Notes: a model not told the origin generated them from the sequence alone. Shown: positions 25,516 to 35,917, numbered from the stretch's first letter. The stretch: 64,000 nt of DNA from Candidatus Magasanikbacteria bacterium RIFOXYC2_FULL_42_28 (GCA_001784435.1 MFQZ01000009.1:11324-75323); one strand, 5' to 3'. Numbers and translations are program-made.

Positions 25516-26280
25516 ATGGACCTTGGCCCGATAAAAATTAGTAAGAAAAACTTACCTTTGATAGTGTCGCTATTATTTTTGTCGGGCCTATGGTTTTTCG
25601 TTACCGAAACTACTCGCATAGTTAATCCTTTATTTTTACCGTCGCCGGTAAAAGTGGCGACTGCCCTTAGCGGATTGATAACCAATGGTTTGAGCGCTGA
25701 TGTATTTGCCACTGTGGGCCGAGTCGCGGCGGCGTTTGTGCTGTCGGTGTCTTTGGCTTTGCCAGTCGCACTTTTGATGTCAGAATCAAAATTCTTTCAG
25801 CGCCTGTTTACTCCTTATCTGGATTTTATTCGCTATATCCCGGTGCCGGTTTTGATTCCTTTGGCAATACTTTTTTTTGGCATCGGTGAAACCGCCAAAA
25901 TTGTTCTACTTTTTGTTGGGACTTTTTTCCAAGTAGCGCTTCAATTTGAAGTTGATTTAGATGATGTTCCGGTGGATTATTTTGATTTGGCGCATTCGCT
26001 TAATTTTTCTTTTTGGCAACGTTTAAAAATGAAATTATTGGCCGCCGCTCCGGAAATGTACAATAATATGCGCATCTCGCTCGGATTAAGTTGGTCGTAT
26101 GTGGTAATAGCGGAGCTTGTGGCCGCACCCACCGGCATTGGGCATATGATCAAAGAGGCGCAAAGATTTTCACTAACCGCTGATGTTTATGTGGGTATAC
26201 TGTTGATGGGGCTGGTTGGTTTTTTGTCGGATTATATTTTTCGGAAAAGTTATTTTAAATTATTTCCTTACAAAAATTAG
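25516..26280 (+). CDS. ABC transporter permease (BPD-transporter fold, SsuC/TauC-like)
   Basis: 254 aa with 6 TM helices and the EAA-like loop region. Confidence 0.7.
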   Translation: MDLGPIKISKKNLPLIVSLLFLSGLWFFVTETTRIVNPLFLPSPVKVATALSGLITNGLSADVFATVGRVAAAFVLSVSLALPVALLMSESKFFQRLFTPYLDFIRYIPVPVLIPLAILFFGIGETAKIVLLFVGTFFQVALQFEVDLDDVPVDYFDLAHSLNFSFWQRLKMKLLAAAPEMYNNMRISLGLSWSYVVIAELVAAPTGIGHMIKEAQRFSLTADVYVGILLMGLVGFLSDYIFRKSYFKLFPYKN

Positions 26281-26282
26281 TT

Positions 26283-27854
26283 ATGAGCGGAATTAGTGTT
26301 CAAAAATTAAATAAAAATTTTGGAGCGAAAAAAGTGTTGGAAGACATTTATTTTGAAGTAGAAAATGGTGAAGTCGTCGCCATCTTAGGTCCGTCTGGTT
26401 GCGGTAAGACGACACTGCTCAAATGTATTTTGGGTTTGGAAAAATCGGACAGTGGAGAAATTTTTGTCGGTTCCACGCGACTGACCGAGTGGTTAAAAGA
26501 TAATCGCATCGCTTATGTTCCCCAAAAGTACGCCAATTTTAATTATTTGACTGTTGCTCAAAATATTTTGGCGGCTCTAAATGGACAAGAATTAAACCTG
26601 GATAGCCTGGTTGAAAGTAGTTTAAAAAATGTCGGATTGGATAAATTTAAAACATCATATCCCGGGCAGCTTTCGGGCGGGATGCAACAGCGGCTGGCTT
26701 TGGCGCGCGCGCTCGCCTCGGGTGCCGGTATTATCGCTTTTGATGAGCCGTTTAGTTCTTTGGATGTGGAGACGCGCCAGCAAATGCAGGAATTAATTTT
26801 AGAATCTCGTTCGGATAATAAGAAAACGATGTTGTTTGTAACGCACGATATTGAAGAAGCGATATTTTTAGCGCGCAAGATCGTGGTGATGGGGACGAAA
26901 CCCGGCGTAGTTAGAGAAATTATTGATGTGCCGTTTAATTATCCCCGCCCATCATCTTTGCGGTTTGATGAAGAGTTCCAAAAAATTCGCCGGGCGCTGT
27001 CATTTATCGTGCGCTCGGAAGGGATTAAGGGTAAACTTTCCGAAGGTGAGCCGATCGTTGGTCGCTCTCATAAAATCGGACTTTATTATTGGCCGGGCAA
27101 TAGCCCATTTTTTTACGCGCAAGAACGCGGTTGGTTTGAAAATGATTTATTACCGGTCGAGTTTATTTCTTTCAGCGATAATCGCCAGAAAATTGATTTT
27201 TGGAAGTCCGGCAAAATTGATATTTTAAATGTTACCATTGATACCGCGCTTAGATTAAAAAAGGAAATACCGGATACGGAAATTATTATGGGTCTTAATA
27301 TTTCTCGTGGTGGCGACGCGCTTATTAGCCGTGATCCGATAAGTTCGGTAAAGGAAATTAAAAATAAACGGGTGGCTTTGGAAAAAGATGAGATCAGCGA
27401 GTTTTTCTTGCGTTATGTCTTGTATAAAAATGGCATGAATTTGGAGGATGTGATAGTGGCGGATATGAAGGGAGATGAAATCGGCGCCGCTTTAATAAGC
27501 GGTCGGGTTGATGCGGCCGTTTTGTGGGAGCCGTGGCTTTCCAAAACATTGGAATTGTCGCGCGCGCATGTTGTCGCAACCAGCCGTGATTTTTCAGTTT
27601 TCGCGGATGTTTTAGTGGCGCGAAAAAGTTTCGCGGAAGAAAATAAAGAAGAGATTCAAAAAATAAAAATGATTTGGCAGAAATCCGTTGACGCTTATTA
27701 TTTAAACAAACAAGATTTTACGCGCGCAGTCGCGCCCGCCGTGGGGCTAAGTGCTCGGGATTTGGCCAGCCAGCTTGAGTTAATTGAATTTTTTGATGGT
27801 GGGACTAAGCGGGTACTGGAAATTGGCGGGGAGATTAAAGACATGATGAGATAA
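26283..27854 (+). CDS. ABC transporter ATP-binding protein fused to a C-terminal NMT1-like substrate-binding domain
   Basis: GPSGCGKTT, LSGGMQQRLALARAL and IIAFDEPFSSLD, followed by a ~270-aa domain (IGLYYWPGNSPFFYAQERGWF...) resembling the periplasmic SBP of the same family. Confidence 0.7.
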   Translation: MSGISVQKLNKNFGAKKVLEDIYFEVENGEVVAILGPSGCGKTTLLKCILGLEKSDSGEIFVGSTRLTEWLKDNRIAYVPQKYANFNYLTVAQNILAALNGQELNLDSLVESSLKNVGLDKFKTSYPGQLSGGMQQRLALARALASGAGIIAFDEPFSSLDVETRQQMQELILESRSDNKKTMLFVTHDIEEAIFLARKIVVMGTKPGVVREIIDVPFNYPRPSSLRFDEEFQKIRRALSFIVRSEGIKGKLSEGEPIVGRSHKIGLYYWPGNSPFFYAQERGWFENDLLPVEFISFSDNRQKIDFWKSGKIDILNVTIDTALRLKKEIPDTEIIMGLNISRGGDALISRDPISSVKEIKNKRVALEKDEISEFFLRYVLYKNGMNLEDVIVADMKGDEIGAALISGRVDAAVLWEPWLSKTLELSRAHVVATSRDFSVFADVLVARKSFAEENKEEIQKIKMIWQKSVDAYYLNKQDFTRAVAPAVGLSARDLASQLELIEFFDGGTKRVLEIGGEIKDMMR

Positions 27855-27895
27855 AAAATAACGGCTCATAATTTTTTCGGTTGAGTACAAAACAA

Positions 27896-27924
27896 ATAAT
27901 ACCGCCAAATTTGGCGGTATTATT
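27896..27924. terminator. Bidirectional terminator (AATACCGCCAAATTTGGCGGTATT)
   Basis: A perfect hairpin between convergent genes. Confidence 0.5.
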
Positions 27925-27939
27925 ACTTATAATTTAATT

Positions 27940-28974
27940 TTACACCTCACTGATCACATCAAATCCTTTAAAACTACCGGTCAAAGCCAAGCCGATAATT
28001 TTTCCGGAACACAGCCCTTTGTTTTTTATTTTTTCCGCCACGGCGTTTAGGGTTGCGCCCGACCCAACGGCGTCGTCTATCAGCAAAATATTTTTGAATT
28101 TGCGATTGTCATCCACAAAAATAGTACGACGAGCGTTTTCTACGCGGTCGGACAATTTTGACAATGATTTTTGCGGTACCGCGACATCGGATACAGTTTT
28201 TACCAAGTTCAATTGGGGCAAACTGAAATTAAGAATAGTAGCAAATTCTTTTTGAAACTGAATTTGTCTTGGCACGGTGGGCGGAATAAATCCCAGAGCG
28301 TCAATTTTATTTTCCTCTATTAAACGCGTCAGGCGCGCGCGGGTGAGTGCCACTACCATTTTAATCAGTTCTTTATTTTGAGTTTGTTTGGCGTGCAACA
28401 GCAGGGTGCCGAGTTTGGTTTTGCCAAATCTTTCAATGCTGTAAAAATCAAAATAATAAACTTCATCCAAGAAAATTTGCGGAAAAGTGTTTTGAAATTT
28501 CGTTAGCCCGCTAATTAGGCCATCGCGTTTATGTTGATTATATTTTTGCAGTGTCGTTTGATATTCACGCGCGGTTTTTTCTAGAGGCAAATTGTTTTGT
28601 CGGCAGAATTGCGCGAAACCGGATAGGCCGGGCATAAAATTTCCTGCGGATGAGATAAGCAGGTAGTTATCGTTGATGAATTGCAGGAGTGGTTTATCGT
28701 TTATAGATTCTGCCGCAGTCAAGGTTGGTTCGGCCAGGTGATAATAAACTTTCGGTGGTCGTCCCGATTTAGCTATTTTTTGGGTTGATAGCAATTTGTT
28801 GAGGTGTTTGTAAAGGGCCTGGTGACTAATACCAAAAAAACGCTTCATTTCGTTGATTGAAGCCGTATTTTTTTCTTTCAAATAAGCCATTATTTTGTCG
28901 CCAGTGGTATGTTCTTGGTTCATAGTTGCAGGTTGAATATCAACTATCATATCACAATAACCAAAAATTGTCAA
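27940..28974 (-). CDS. HTH-domain protein with a C-terminal phosphoribosyltransferase (PRT) fold (PurR-like / ComF-like)
   Basis: The N-terminal wHTH is INEMKRFFGISHQALYKHLNKLL. The C-terminal PRPP-binding loop is ILLIDDAVGSGATLNAVAEKI. Confidence 0.45.
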   Translation of the reverse strand: MTIFGYCDMIVDIQPATMNQEHTTGDKIMAYLKEKNTASINEMKRFFGISHQALYKHLNKLLSTQKIAKSGRPPKVYYHLAEPTLTAAESINDKPLLQFINDNYLLISSAGNFMPGLSGFAQFCRQNNLPLEKTAREYQTTLQKYNQHKRDGLISGLTKFQNTFPQIFLDEVYYFDFYSIERFGKTKLGTLLLHAKQTQNKELIKMVVALTRARLTRLIEENKIDALGFIPPTVPRQIQFQKEFATILNFSLPQLNLVKTVSDVAVPQKSLSKLSDRVENARRTIFVDDNRKFKNILLIDDAVGSGATLNAVAEKIKNKGLCSGKIIGLALTGSFKGFDVISEV

Positions 28975-28978
28975 GTAT

Positions 28979-29010
28979 TAAAAAATCCGCTAGTTTTAGC
29001 GGATTTTGTG
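28979..29010 (-). terminator. Terminator hairpin AAAATCCGCTAGTTTTAGCGGATTTT
   Basis: A stem-loop downstream of tig. Confidence 0.45.
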
Positions 29011-29018
29011 TGTAATTA

Positions 29019-30302
29019 TTATTTTCCAACCACCTTTTCTTTTAAATATTCCACCACCTTACGATTTTGAACGGTGACAGCGAGCATATCCAGCACCTCC
29101 GGGCGTTTGAGGGCATCTTCCACTTTATCATCGCCTTTATACGCGGTGCGAATGGCCTCTTTTTCTTTTTCAATTTCGCTTGGCTCCACTTTGATGTTAT
29201 TATCTAATGCCACTTGGCGGGAGACCAGCGCGGCTTTGACGCGAGTGATCGCGCGCTCTTCAAAATCCTTGAAAATTTCGTCTTCGGTTTTTTTCAAGTC
29301 CTTTAAATATTTTTCCATATCAATACCGGCGCGTTCTAAGTCGGCTTTTAATTCGTTAAACATTTTATGTTTTTCCGTGCGCATTAATACTTCGGGCAAT
29401 TCGCCAAACTCGGCCACTTCAATAATTTTATGTAAAATTTCTTCTTCCAGACGTTGGGTTTCTTTTTTCTCGGCTTCGGCGGTTAAATTTCCGTGTAATA
29501 ATTTTTTTAATGTTTCCAAATCGGTTTGGCCCAAGCCCTTGGCGAATTCGTCGTCAAGTGTTGGGTATTCCAAAGTATAAATATCTTTTACTAATACTTC
29601 AAAATCAATATCCTTGCCGGCCAGATGTTTTTGATAATGATCGGCCGGGAATTTCAAAGTAAAATTTTTCTTGTCATCTTTTTTCAAACCGACAATTTGC
29701 TCGGCAAAGCCCGGGATATAGTGGGGCTCGGATAAATATACTTGGTGGTTGGGGGCTTGCCCGCCTTCGACCGGCACTTTGTCAATAAACATATTCATGG
29801 ACACGACCGCTTTGTCGGCGGTAGTGGCGACGCCGTCTTTTAACACCTCTTTACCGCGCATTTTTTTCAAATTATCCAAAACGTCATTCAACTGTTTGTC
29901 TCCCACTTTCACTTCTTTTTTAGCAATTTTAATGGTCGCAAGATCCGGTAATTTTAGCGAGGGGAAAAGCGCGACTATGGCTTTGAAAACAAAATCATTG
30001 CCCGGTGCCATTTTTTCCAAACTGATTTCCGGCATGCCGACCGTGGTTAATTTTTCCGCCACGACCGCGGTGTGGAAATTTTTCTCCACGATGATTTGCA
30101 TCGCCTCTTCCAGAATTTTAATTTCGCCGATTTGTTGTTTGACAATATCATAAGGCGCTTTGCCCGGGCGGAAGCCGTGAATAGCGGCGCGTAAGGATAT
30201 GCGCGTAGCGGCGTCTTCCATATCTTTTTTGTAATCGGCAACCGCGACAGTGATGATGAGTTCGGCTTGGGATTGGGGGAGGAGTTTTAGGGTGTGGGAC
30301 AT
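29019..30302 (-). CDS. tig: Trigger factor
   Basis: 427 aa with the GFRPGKAP ribosome-binding signature and a PPIase-like middle domain. Confidence 0.9.
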   Translation of the reverse strand: MSHTLKLLPQSQAELIITVAVADYKKDMEDAATRISLRAAIHGFRPGKAPYDIVKQQIGEIKILEEAMQIIVEKNFHTAVVAEKLTTVGMPEISLEKMAPGNDFVFKAIVALFPSLKLPDLATIKIAKKEVKVGDKQLNDVLDNLKKMRGKEVLKDGVATTADKAVVSMNMFIDKVPVEGGQAPNHQVYLSEPHYIPGFAEQIVGLKKDDKKNFTLKFPADHYQKHLAGKDIDFEVLVKDIYTLEYPTLDDEFAKGLGQTDLETLKKLLHGNLTAEAEKKETQRLEEEILHKIIEVAEFGELPEVLMRTEKHKMFNELKADLERAGIDMEKYLKDLKKTEDEIFKDFEERAITRVKAALVSRQVALDNNIKVEPSEIEKEKEAIRTAYKGDDKVEDALKRPEVLDMLAVTVQNRKVVEYLKEKVVGK

Positions 30303-30314
30303 AGTGTTAATTTA

Positions 30315-30362
30315 AAATGTAAATATCAAAATGGAAAATGACAAGTTAAAATTAAAAATAAG
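30315..30362. repeat. AT-rich AAATATCAAAATG...ACAAGTTAAAATTAAAAAT repeat (family 4)
   Basis: Near-identical to 35918-35975. Related ATATCAAAA units occur at 18571-18610 and in-frame in polA (36836-36870, 38694-38725). Confidence 0.45.
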
Positions 30363-30459
30363 TGATTGAAGTTTAACCGATTTTTTGGAAAAAGTCAAGT
30401 TTAACAGGTCTTTTCTTTTTAAAATCTTTATGATAGGGTAATTGGTGAAAGGAGGGCGG

Positions 30460-30621
30460 ATGAAATATTTCGCCCAATGGTATGATCCCGTTTTGGCCGC
30501 TTCTGTTGTAGGTGGCGTCGTGTTCGGCGTTGCCGGCAGTGTTGTGGTCGCAACTGCGGTCGGCTTGGTGGCAGGGGCCGGATTTCTCGGCCTGCTCATC
30601 AAGCACGATTCCAACCGTTAG
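30460..30621 (+). CDS. Small hydrophobic protein (53 aa) in a GC-rich islet
   Basis: AGGAGGG lies 5 nt upstream. The ORF reads MKYFAQWYDPVLAASVVGGVVFGVAGSVVVATAVGLVAGAGFLGLLIKHDSNR and is under 60 aa, so it is not in the track. Confidence 0.35.
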   Translation: MKYFAQWYDPVLAASVVGGVVFGVAGSVVVATAVGLVAGAGFLGLLIKHDSNR

Positions 30622-30644
30622 GAGGTTTTGTGTTAACCGATTTT

Positions 30645-30773
30645 ATGGTACCGTCTGATGACATGCTGATCCCGTGCGCGACGATCATCGGTGTACTCAT
30701 CGGCGTACTCATCGCGTGGTTCGTCGTGGCGGGAGATGTTCGCCCTGTCTCTCGTCGTCCGCAGTCCAAGTGA
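30645..30773 (+). CDS. Small hydrophobic protein (42 aa), second gene of the mini-operon
   Basis: AGGAGG lies 13 nt upstream. The ORF reads MVPSDDMLIPCATIIGVLIGVLIAWFVVAGDVRPVSRRPQSK and is followed by the hairpin GGGGCGAAG...CTTCGCCCC. Confidence 0.35.
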   Translation: MVPSDDMLIPCATIIGVLIGVLIAWFVVAGDVRPVSRRPQSK

Positions 30774-30835
30774 CAGCCAACCTTTCACGGGGCGAAGATT
30801 TGAGGACCTTCGCCCCTAGTCCTAAATTTAAAATC

Positions 30836-30866
30836 ATCCCGACTAAGTTGGGATGATTTTTTTGTT
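30836..30866. terminator. Hairpin AAAATCATCCCGACTAAGTTGGGATGATTTTTTTG
   Basis: The same CCCGACTAAGTxGGG core as the 15663 terminator and the family 1 internal hairpin. Confidence 0.5.
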
Positions 30867-32080
30867 TAAAGTAATGGGATAAAAAGTTCGTTGGTTTTTT
30901 CGTTGTTGTCAACCCCGTTAAAATATAAACAATAAGTCGCGGAATTCGGGTAGTCCAGCTTAAAAGCAGTGGGCAGGCGGCACTTGCTTTGGTTGGATTT
31001 TATTTCCAAGGCGATATTTTGACCATTGCCGATGTCTAAAATAAAATCCACTTCATTCTGATTTTTATCTCGCCAATATTGAGGTGAATATTTGTTTTTG
31101 ACAAATTGCATGTAGGTGGCGTTTTCCAAGAGTGGGCCGTTATCGGCGCGTTTATCAAAAATTTGAAAATTATTAATAATGTGATTGCGCAAGCCGGTAT
31201 CAAAAAAATAAACTTTTTGATTTTTTACTATTTCTTTTCTTTTGTTATTATAAAATGGGCGGATTAAACTGATGATGTAGGTCTTGCTAAGAAAGTTTAG
31301 GTATTTTTTTAAGGTATGATAGGCGAATTCGGATATTTCCGTCAGTTCTTTATATTCAATTAAATTACCAGTTTGCAGAGCTAGTGCTTTGATTAATTTC
31401 CCTAATTTATAATCATCCACTAACCCCAAAATATCCTTTACATCTCTTAAAAAATAAGTGTTATAAATATTTTTTAGCACTTCCTTTTTTTCGGCCTCTG
31501 TTTTTGATAATATTACCGCCGGGTATCCACCCCAAATCGCGTATTCTTCAAAATATTTTTTTAAAATTATATTTTGCTCGGCAGTCAAAGAATAATTTTT
31601 AGTGTTTTCCCAATCAATTTTATTTTTAGTATAGATACTGCAATATTTAGGGTCGCGACATTGCAAATACTCTTCAAAATTGAATGGCAACATTTCTAAA
31701 ACAAACACTCGGCCGACCAGAAATTTGGCCGCCTTGATAGTAAGATCAAGTGCTGACGAGCCGGAAATAATTATTTTGGTAGGATGTTCGTCGTAGATAT
31801 ATTTTAAAAGCTTTCCGCCGTTTTTAGCATACTGGAATTCATCAATAAAGACATAATCGTTGCCAGCGATGTGGGTACTAATAAATTCTTTGATATTTTT
31901 CTCAAATAAATTAAGCGTGTCTTGATCTTCAAATGTTAAAAATACCGCTTTTTTTAAATCGTTATAAATTTTTTTAATAGTGGTAGTTTTACCGCATTGG
32001 CGGGGGCCAATAAGCGCGATTATTTCCGGTCTTTTTAAATACCCAATAATCTCGGCTTCTATTTTTCGCTTAATATACAT
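30866..32080 (-). CDS. AAA+ ATPase (AAA_14 + DUF4143 type)
   Basis: The Walker A is IALIGPRQCGKTT, the Walker B is YVFIDEFQY, and the C-terminal domain is typical of the COG1373 family. Confidence 0.65.
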   Translation of the reverse strand: MYIKRKIEAEIIGYLKRPEIIALIGPRQCGKTTTIKKIYNDLKKAVFLTFEDQDTLNLFEKNIKEFISTHIAGNDYVFIDEFQYAKNGGKLLKYIYDEHPTKIIISGSSALDLTIKAAKFLVGRVFVLEMLPFNFEEYLQCRDPKYCSIYTKNKIDWENTKNYSLTAEQNIILKKYFEEYAIWGGYPAVILSKTEAEKKEVLKNIYNTYFLRDVKDILGLVDDYKLGKLIKALALQTGNLIEYKELTEISEFAYHTLKKYLNFLSKTYIISLIRPFYNNKRKEIVKNQKVYFFDTGLRNHIINNFQIFDKRADNGPLLENATYMQFVKNKYSPQYWRDKNQNEVDFILDIGNGQNIALEIKSNQSKCRLPTAFKLDYPNSATYCLYFNGVDNNEKTNELFIPLL

Positions 32081-32159
32081 AAAATTAAGGTTACTACTCT
32101 AAAATTGACTTGTATGTTAATTATAGAGTATGCGGTGATTATTGTCAATAGTTGGTGTT

Positions 32160-32491
32160 TTGGTTTGACAGAGAGAGAGATGTTTGATAGATTTTAGGGG
32201 CGAGATGGAGAAAGGGAGGGTATATGGAGCAGCACTTTGTTTTGTCAGAAATGGAGGATGTAGATGTTTTTAGGTTTTCTCCGAATTTTTATGGCCAAAG
32301 GCCAAAGGAGGTGTTGTTCGGGTATGCAAGGTTTAACGCCTTGCATCATTTGCTCGACGATTGGCGTGCTCGTCTTCAAGGTGGCAGTTCCGCCACCTCG
32401 GATACGGACGCGACCTAACAGGGGGTTTCCATCTCGCACCCCCAATTATTTAAAATCACCCGCCGAATTGGCGAGTGATTTTTTTGTTTGA
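32160..32491. other. GC-richer islet with overlapping mini-ORFs; best candidate is 32324..32491 (55 aa, AAGGAGG-led)
   Basis: GGCCAAAGGCCAAAGGAGG is followed by ATG MQGLTPCIICSTIGVLVFKVAVPPP... The alternative is 32224..32418, which follows GGGAGGG. The coding frame cannot be decided by eye. Confidence 0.2.
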
Positions 32492-32499
32492 ATTTATTT

Positions 32500-34485
32500 T
32501 TATTTCATGAGCAATCCCACAATTAAAAGCGCCATAATATTCGCCACTTTAATCATCGGGTTAATCGCCGGACCAGCCGTGTCCTTGTAGGGGTCGCCAA
32601 CCGTGTCGCCGGTTACCGCGGCTTGATGAGCAAACGATCCTTTGCCTCCATAATTTCCTTTTTCAATATATTTTTTCGCGTTGTCCCAAGCGCCACCACC
32701 AGTTGTCATTGAGATTGCGACAAATAATCCGGTGACGATTGTACCAATAAGTAATCCACCCAACGCGGCAATTCCTAAAGTGTAGCCGACGATAATCGGA
32801 GCCAACACCGGAATCGCTGCCGGTAAAATCATTTGACCGATTGCGCCTTTGGTCACGATATCCACGGCCTTGCCATAATCTGGCTTGGCAGTACGTTCCA
32901 TGATACCGGGAATTTCTTTGAATTGGCGACGAACTTCTTCGACAACTTTACCCGCGACTTTTCCGACTGATTCCATTAACAATGCGCCGAAGAAGTATGG
33001 GAGTAACCCACCAATAAATAATCCAGCTAAAACTTTTGGATCATTAATTAAAAATTGGAATGTGTCTGGTAATTTATGAGTGAAGTCAGCGAATAAAACT
33101 AACGAAGCCAACGCGGCCGAACCGATTGCATAGCCTTTTGTCACCGCTTTTGTGGTGTTGCCAACCGCGTCCAATGGATCAGTGATGTCGCGTACAGATT
33201 GTGGCAATTCCGCCATCTCGGCAATACCGCCGGCGTTGTCAGTGATTGGGCCGTAAGCGTCAATTGTTACTACTATACCAGTCAAAGACAACATACCCAT
33301 CGCAGCGACAGCCACGCCATAAATTCCAGCGAAGTGATAAGCGCCAAGCATACCAGCAACGATACATAATACTGGCAAAGCAGTTGATTTCATTGAGACC
33401 GCTAAACCGGCAATTACGTTTGTGCCATGTCCGGTTTCAGAGGCTTTGGCAATTTGTTTTACCGGGCCATATTTAGTCGCGGTATAATATTCAGTAATCC
33501 AAACCATCGCGGCTGTCAAAACTAAACCGATTACCGCGCAGAAGAAAATATTGTTTGCGGTGTAACCAACAAGGTCGCCCATTAACCATTTGGTGGCTGG
33601 ATAAAATCCGATCAAAGCCAAAACGCCAGAAGCGCCTAAACCTTTGTACAAAGCGTTCATCACGTTTAAATCTTTGCCCAAGCGAATGGCAAAAGTTCCA
33701 ACGATGGAAGCGATAATAGAAATACCGCCGAGCACGAGTGGGTAGACAACGGCTTTTTCATTCCCAACAAATAAAATTCCACCCAAGATCATAGCAGCGA
33801 CAGCTGTGACAGCATAAGTTTCAAATAAATCCGCGGCCATACCGGCGCAGTCGCCAACATTATCACCGACGTTATCGGCAATTACGGCCGGGTTGCGTGG
33901 GTCATCTTCTGGAATTCCTTTTTCTACTTTACCGACAAGGTCGGCGCCCACATCAGCGGCTTTGGTGAAAATACCACCGCCGATACGAGCGAAGACAGAA
34001 ATTAAACTTCCGCCAAAACCTAAACCAATCAAAGCGGATAAATCTTTGGTTAATAAATAAAATCCGGACACGCCGAGCAAGCCTAAACCCACGACCAGTA
34101 AACCAGTAATTGAACCACCGCGAACCGCGACGTTCATCGCTTCTTTAAAACCGGTTTTAGCAGCTTCGGCCGTGCGGACATTGGCGCGCACCGAGACACT
34201 CATGCCGATGACGCCAGCGACTCCGGACAACACCGCTCCGACTACAAATCCGAAACCGGTCATCCAATCAACGAATAATCCGATTAATAAAAAAACTAAA
34301 AACGCGACATAAGCAATAGTTTTGTACTGGCGTTTTAAATAAGCATTGGCGCCGTCTTGAATGGCGCGAGCGATTGCTTTCATCCGGTCGTCTCCAGCCG
34401 GAAGTTTGTTAATCCAGTAAACTAAAACACCGCCATAGATAATGGCGATAAGCGCGGGCAAAAGCGCGAACAGGACTACGGTCAT
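32500..34485 (-). CDS. hppA: Membrane-bound H+/Na+-translocating pyrophosphatase
   Basis: 661 aa with 15-16 TM helices. [20 protein letters not shown] and [18 protein letters not shown] are diagnostic. Confidence 0.9.
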   Translation of the reverse strand: MTVVLFALLPALIAIIYGGVLVYWINKLPAGDDRMKAIARAIQDGANAYLKRQYKTIAYVAFLVFLLIGLFVDWMTGFGFVVGAVLSGVAGVIGMSVSVRANVRTAEAAKTGFKEAMNVAVRGGSITGLLVVGLGLLGVSGFYLLTKDLSALIGLGFGGSLISVFARIGGGIFTKAADVGADLVGKVEKGIPEDDPRNPAVIADNVGDNVGDCAGMAADLFETYAVTAVAAMILGGILFVGNEKAVVYPLVLGGISIIASIVGTFAIRLGKDLNVMNALYKGLGASGVLALIGFYPATKWLMGDLVGYTANNIFFCAVIGLVLTAAMVWITEYYTATKYGPVKQIAKASETGHGTNVIAGLAVSMKSTALPVLCIVAGMLGAYHFAGIYGVAVAAMGMLSLTGIVVTIDAYGPITDNAGGIAEMAELPQSVRDITDPLDAVGNTTKAVTKGYAIGSAALASLVLFADFTHKLPDTFQFLINDPKVLAGLFIGGLLPYFFGALLMESVGKVAGKVVEEVRRQFKEIPGIMERTAKPDYGKAVDIVTKGAIGQMILPAAIPVLAPIIVGYTLGIAALGGLLIGTIVTGLFVAISMTTGGGAWDNAKKYIEKGNYGGKGSFAHQAAVTGDTVGDPYKDTAGPAINPMIKVANIMALLIVGLLMK

Positions 34486-34589
34486 ATTTGGCTAGGTTAA
34501 GATTTAAAACACCTGCTTGGGACAGGTTGAAGGGTTGATTTATACCGTATTTTATGCTAAAATAGGTCAACAGTCAAGTGGCGTAAGTT

Positions 34590-35915
34590 ATGAAAAATAT
34601 AATTTTGTTAAAGACCTTGCGCGCGCTTATATATAGTAAGCGTGTTTTGTGGTGGTTGGGGTCGGGTTTTGGGCGAGTTTTAGGTGTTATTTTTATTCCG
34701 GTGCATCGGGTTTTTGGGTGGGGACATTATAAAATCGGGTATTTTTTTAAAAGAACCGGCCTGACTAGCAGTGGCGCTTGGTGGTTGCGTCGGAGTGTGA
34801 TGCAAATGGCGGTATTTGTGGTGGTGATTGTTTTGGCTATGCCCCAAACCAAATTATACGCTAAACGCGATATCTCCACCGTTGGTCAAGATAGTCTGGC
34901 TTTTCGTTTGACCAGCCCGGAAGAAAAATTTTCTACTGAGGACATTATTGTTGTCAGTGATAATTTTACGCCTGATGTTAATCGGCAAGCCGGGGTAGTT
35001 GAGGCCGAAATGTTTTTACCCGGCAATGTGTTTGATGCTTGGCAAGATCAGGAATTATCCGCGATCGTAGCCGGAGGTACCGCTTTTGGCAAGCCGATTT
35101 TGTTGCCGGGCGGACATAGTTTGGCCAATAGCACGCGTACCGAGCCGGTGGAATATATTATTGAAGCCGGTGATAATTTGGGCAGTATTGCTAATCGGTT
35201 TGGCGTGAGTTTGGCAACAATTTTATGGGAGAATAAATTAACGGAAAGATCAATTTTACGTTTGGGACAAAAAATTATTATCTTGCCGGTAACCGGCGTC
35301 ACTCACAAAGTGGTCAAAGGCGATGTGGTGAGTAAATTAGCCAAGACCTACCGGACCGAAGAAACAAAAATTATTGAATTTAATAAGTTAGAAGAAAATG
35401 GCGGTGGTTTGGTAGCGGGCAATTTTATAATTATTCCCGATGGCGTGAAACCGGCATCAGCGGTTCCGGCTTCCGCTCGTATTACTCCGACGGTTGGTAA
35501 TGTGACGCGACCGCCGGCATCAGCCGCCGCGCCGACTGCTTCCGGTTTTGTTTGGCCGGCCGGTGTTCGTGTCATAACGCAATATTATAATTGGAATCAT
35601 CACGCGATTGATATTGCCGGTGGTAATTTTAAGACGCCAATTTACGCGTCTAAGGCCGGCACGGTAGTAGTTTCGCAATGCGGTTGGAATGGCGGTTATG
35701 GTTGTTATGTTACTTTGGATCACGGCGGTGGTGTTCGGACAATTTATGGGCATAATTCTAAATTATTGGTTAGTGTTGGCGATTATGTTGGTACTGGCGA
35801 AACCATCGCGCTCATGGGCAATACCGGTAATGTGCGCGGTAAGACCGGCATTCATTTGCATTTTGAAGTATTGGTGAATGGGGTGAGGAAGAACCCGTTG
35901 AGTTATGTGAAGTAA
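34590..35915 (+). CDS. LysM-domain M23 peptidase (cell-wall endopeptidase)
   Basis: Two LysM domains (YIIEAGDNLGSIANRFGVSLATI, HKVVKGDVVSKLAKTY). The C-terminal M23 domain is HHAIDIAG...GHNSKLLVSVGDYVGTGETIALMGNTG...HLHFEV. Confidence 0.8.
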   Translation: MKNIILLKTLRALIYSKRVLWWLGSGFGRVLGVIFIPVHRVFGWGHYKIGYFFKRTGLTSSGAWWLRRSVMQMAVFVVVIVLAMPQTKLYAKRDISTVGQDSLAFRLTSPEEKFSTEDIIVVSDNFTPDVNRQAGVVEAEMFLPGNVFDAWQDQELSAIVAGGTAFGKPILLPGGHSLANSTRTEPVEYIIEAGDNLGSIANRFGVSLATILWENKLTERSILRLGQKIIILPVTGVTHKVVKGDVVSKLAKTYRTEETKIIEFNKLEENGGGLVAGNFIIIPDGVKPASAVPASARITPTVGNVTRPPASAAAPTASGFVWPAGVRVITQYYNWNHHAIDIAGGNFKTPIYASKAGTVVVSQCGWNGGYGCYVTLDHGGGVRTIYGHNSKLLVSVGDYVGTGETIALMGNTGNVRGKTGIHLHFEVLVNGVRKNPLSYVK

Positions 35916-35917
35916 AA

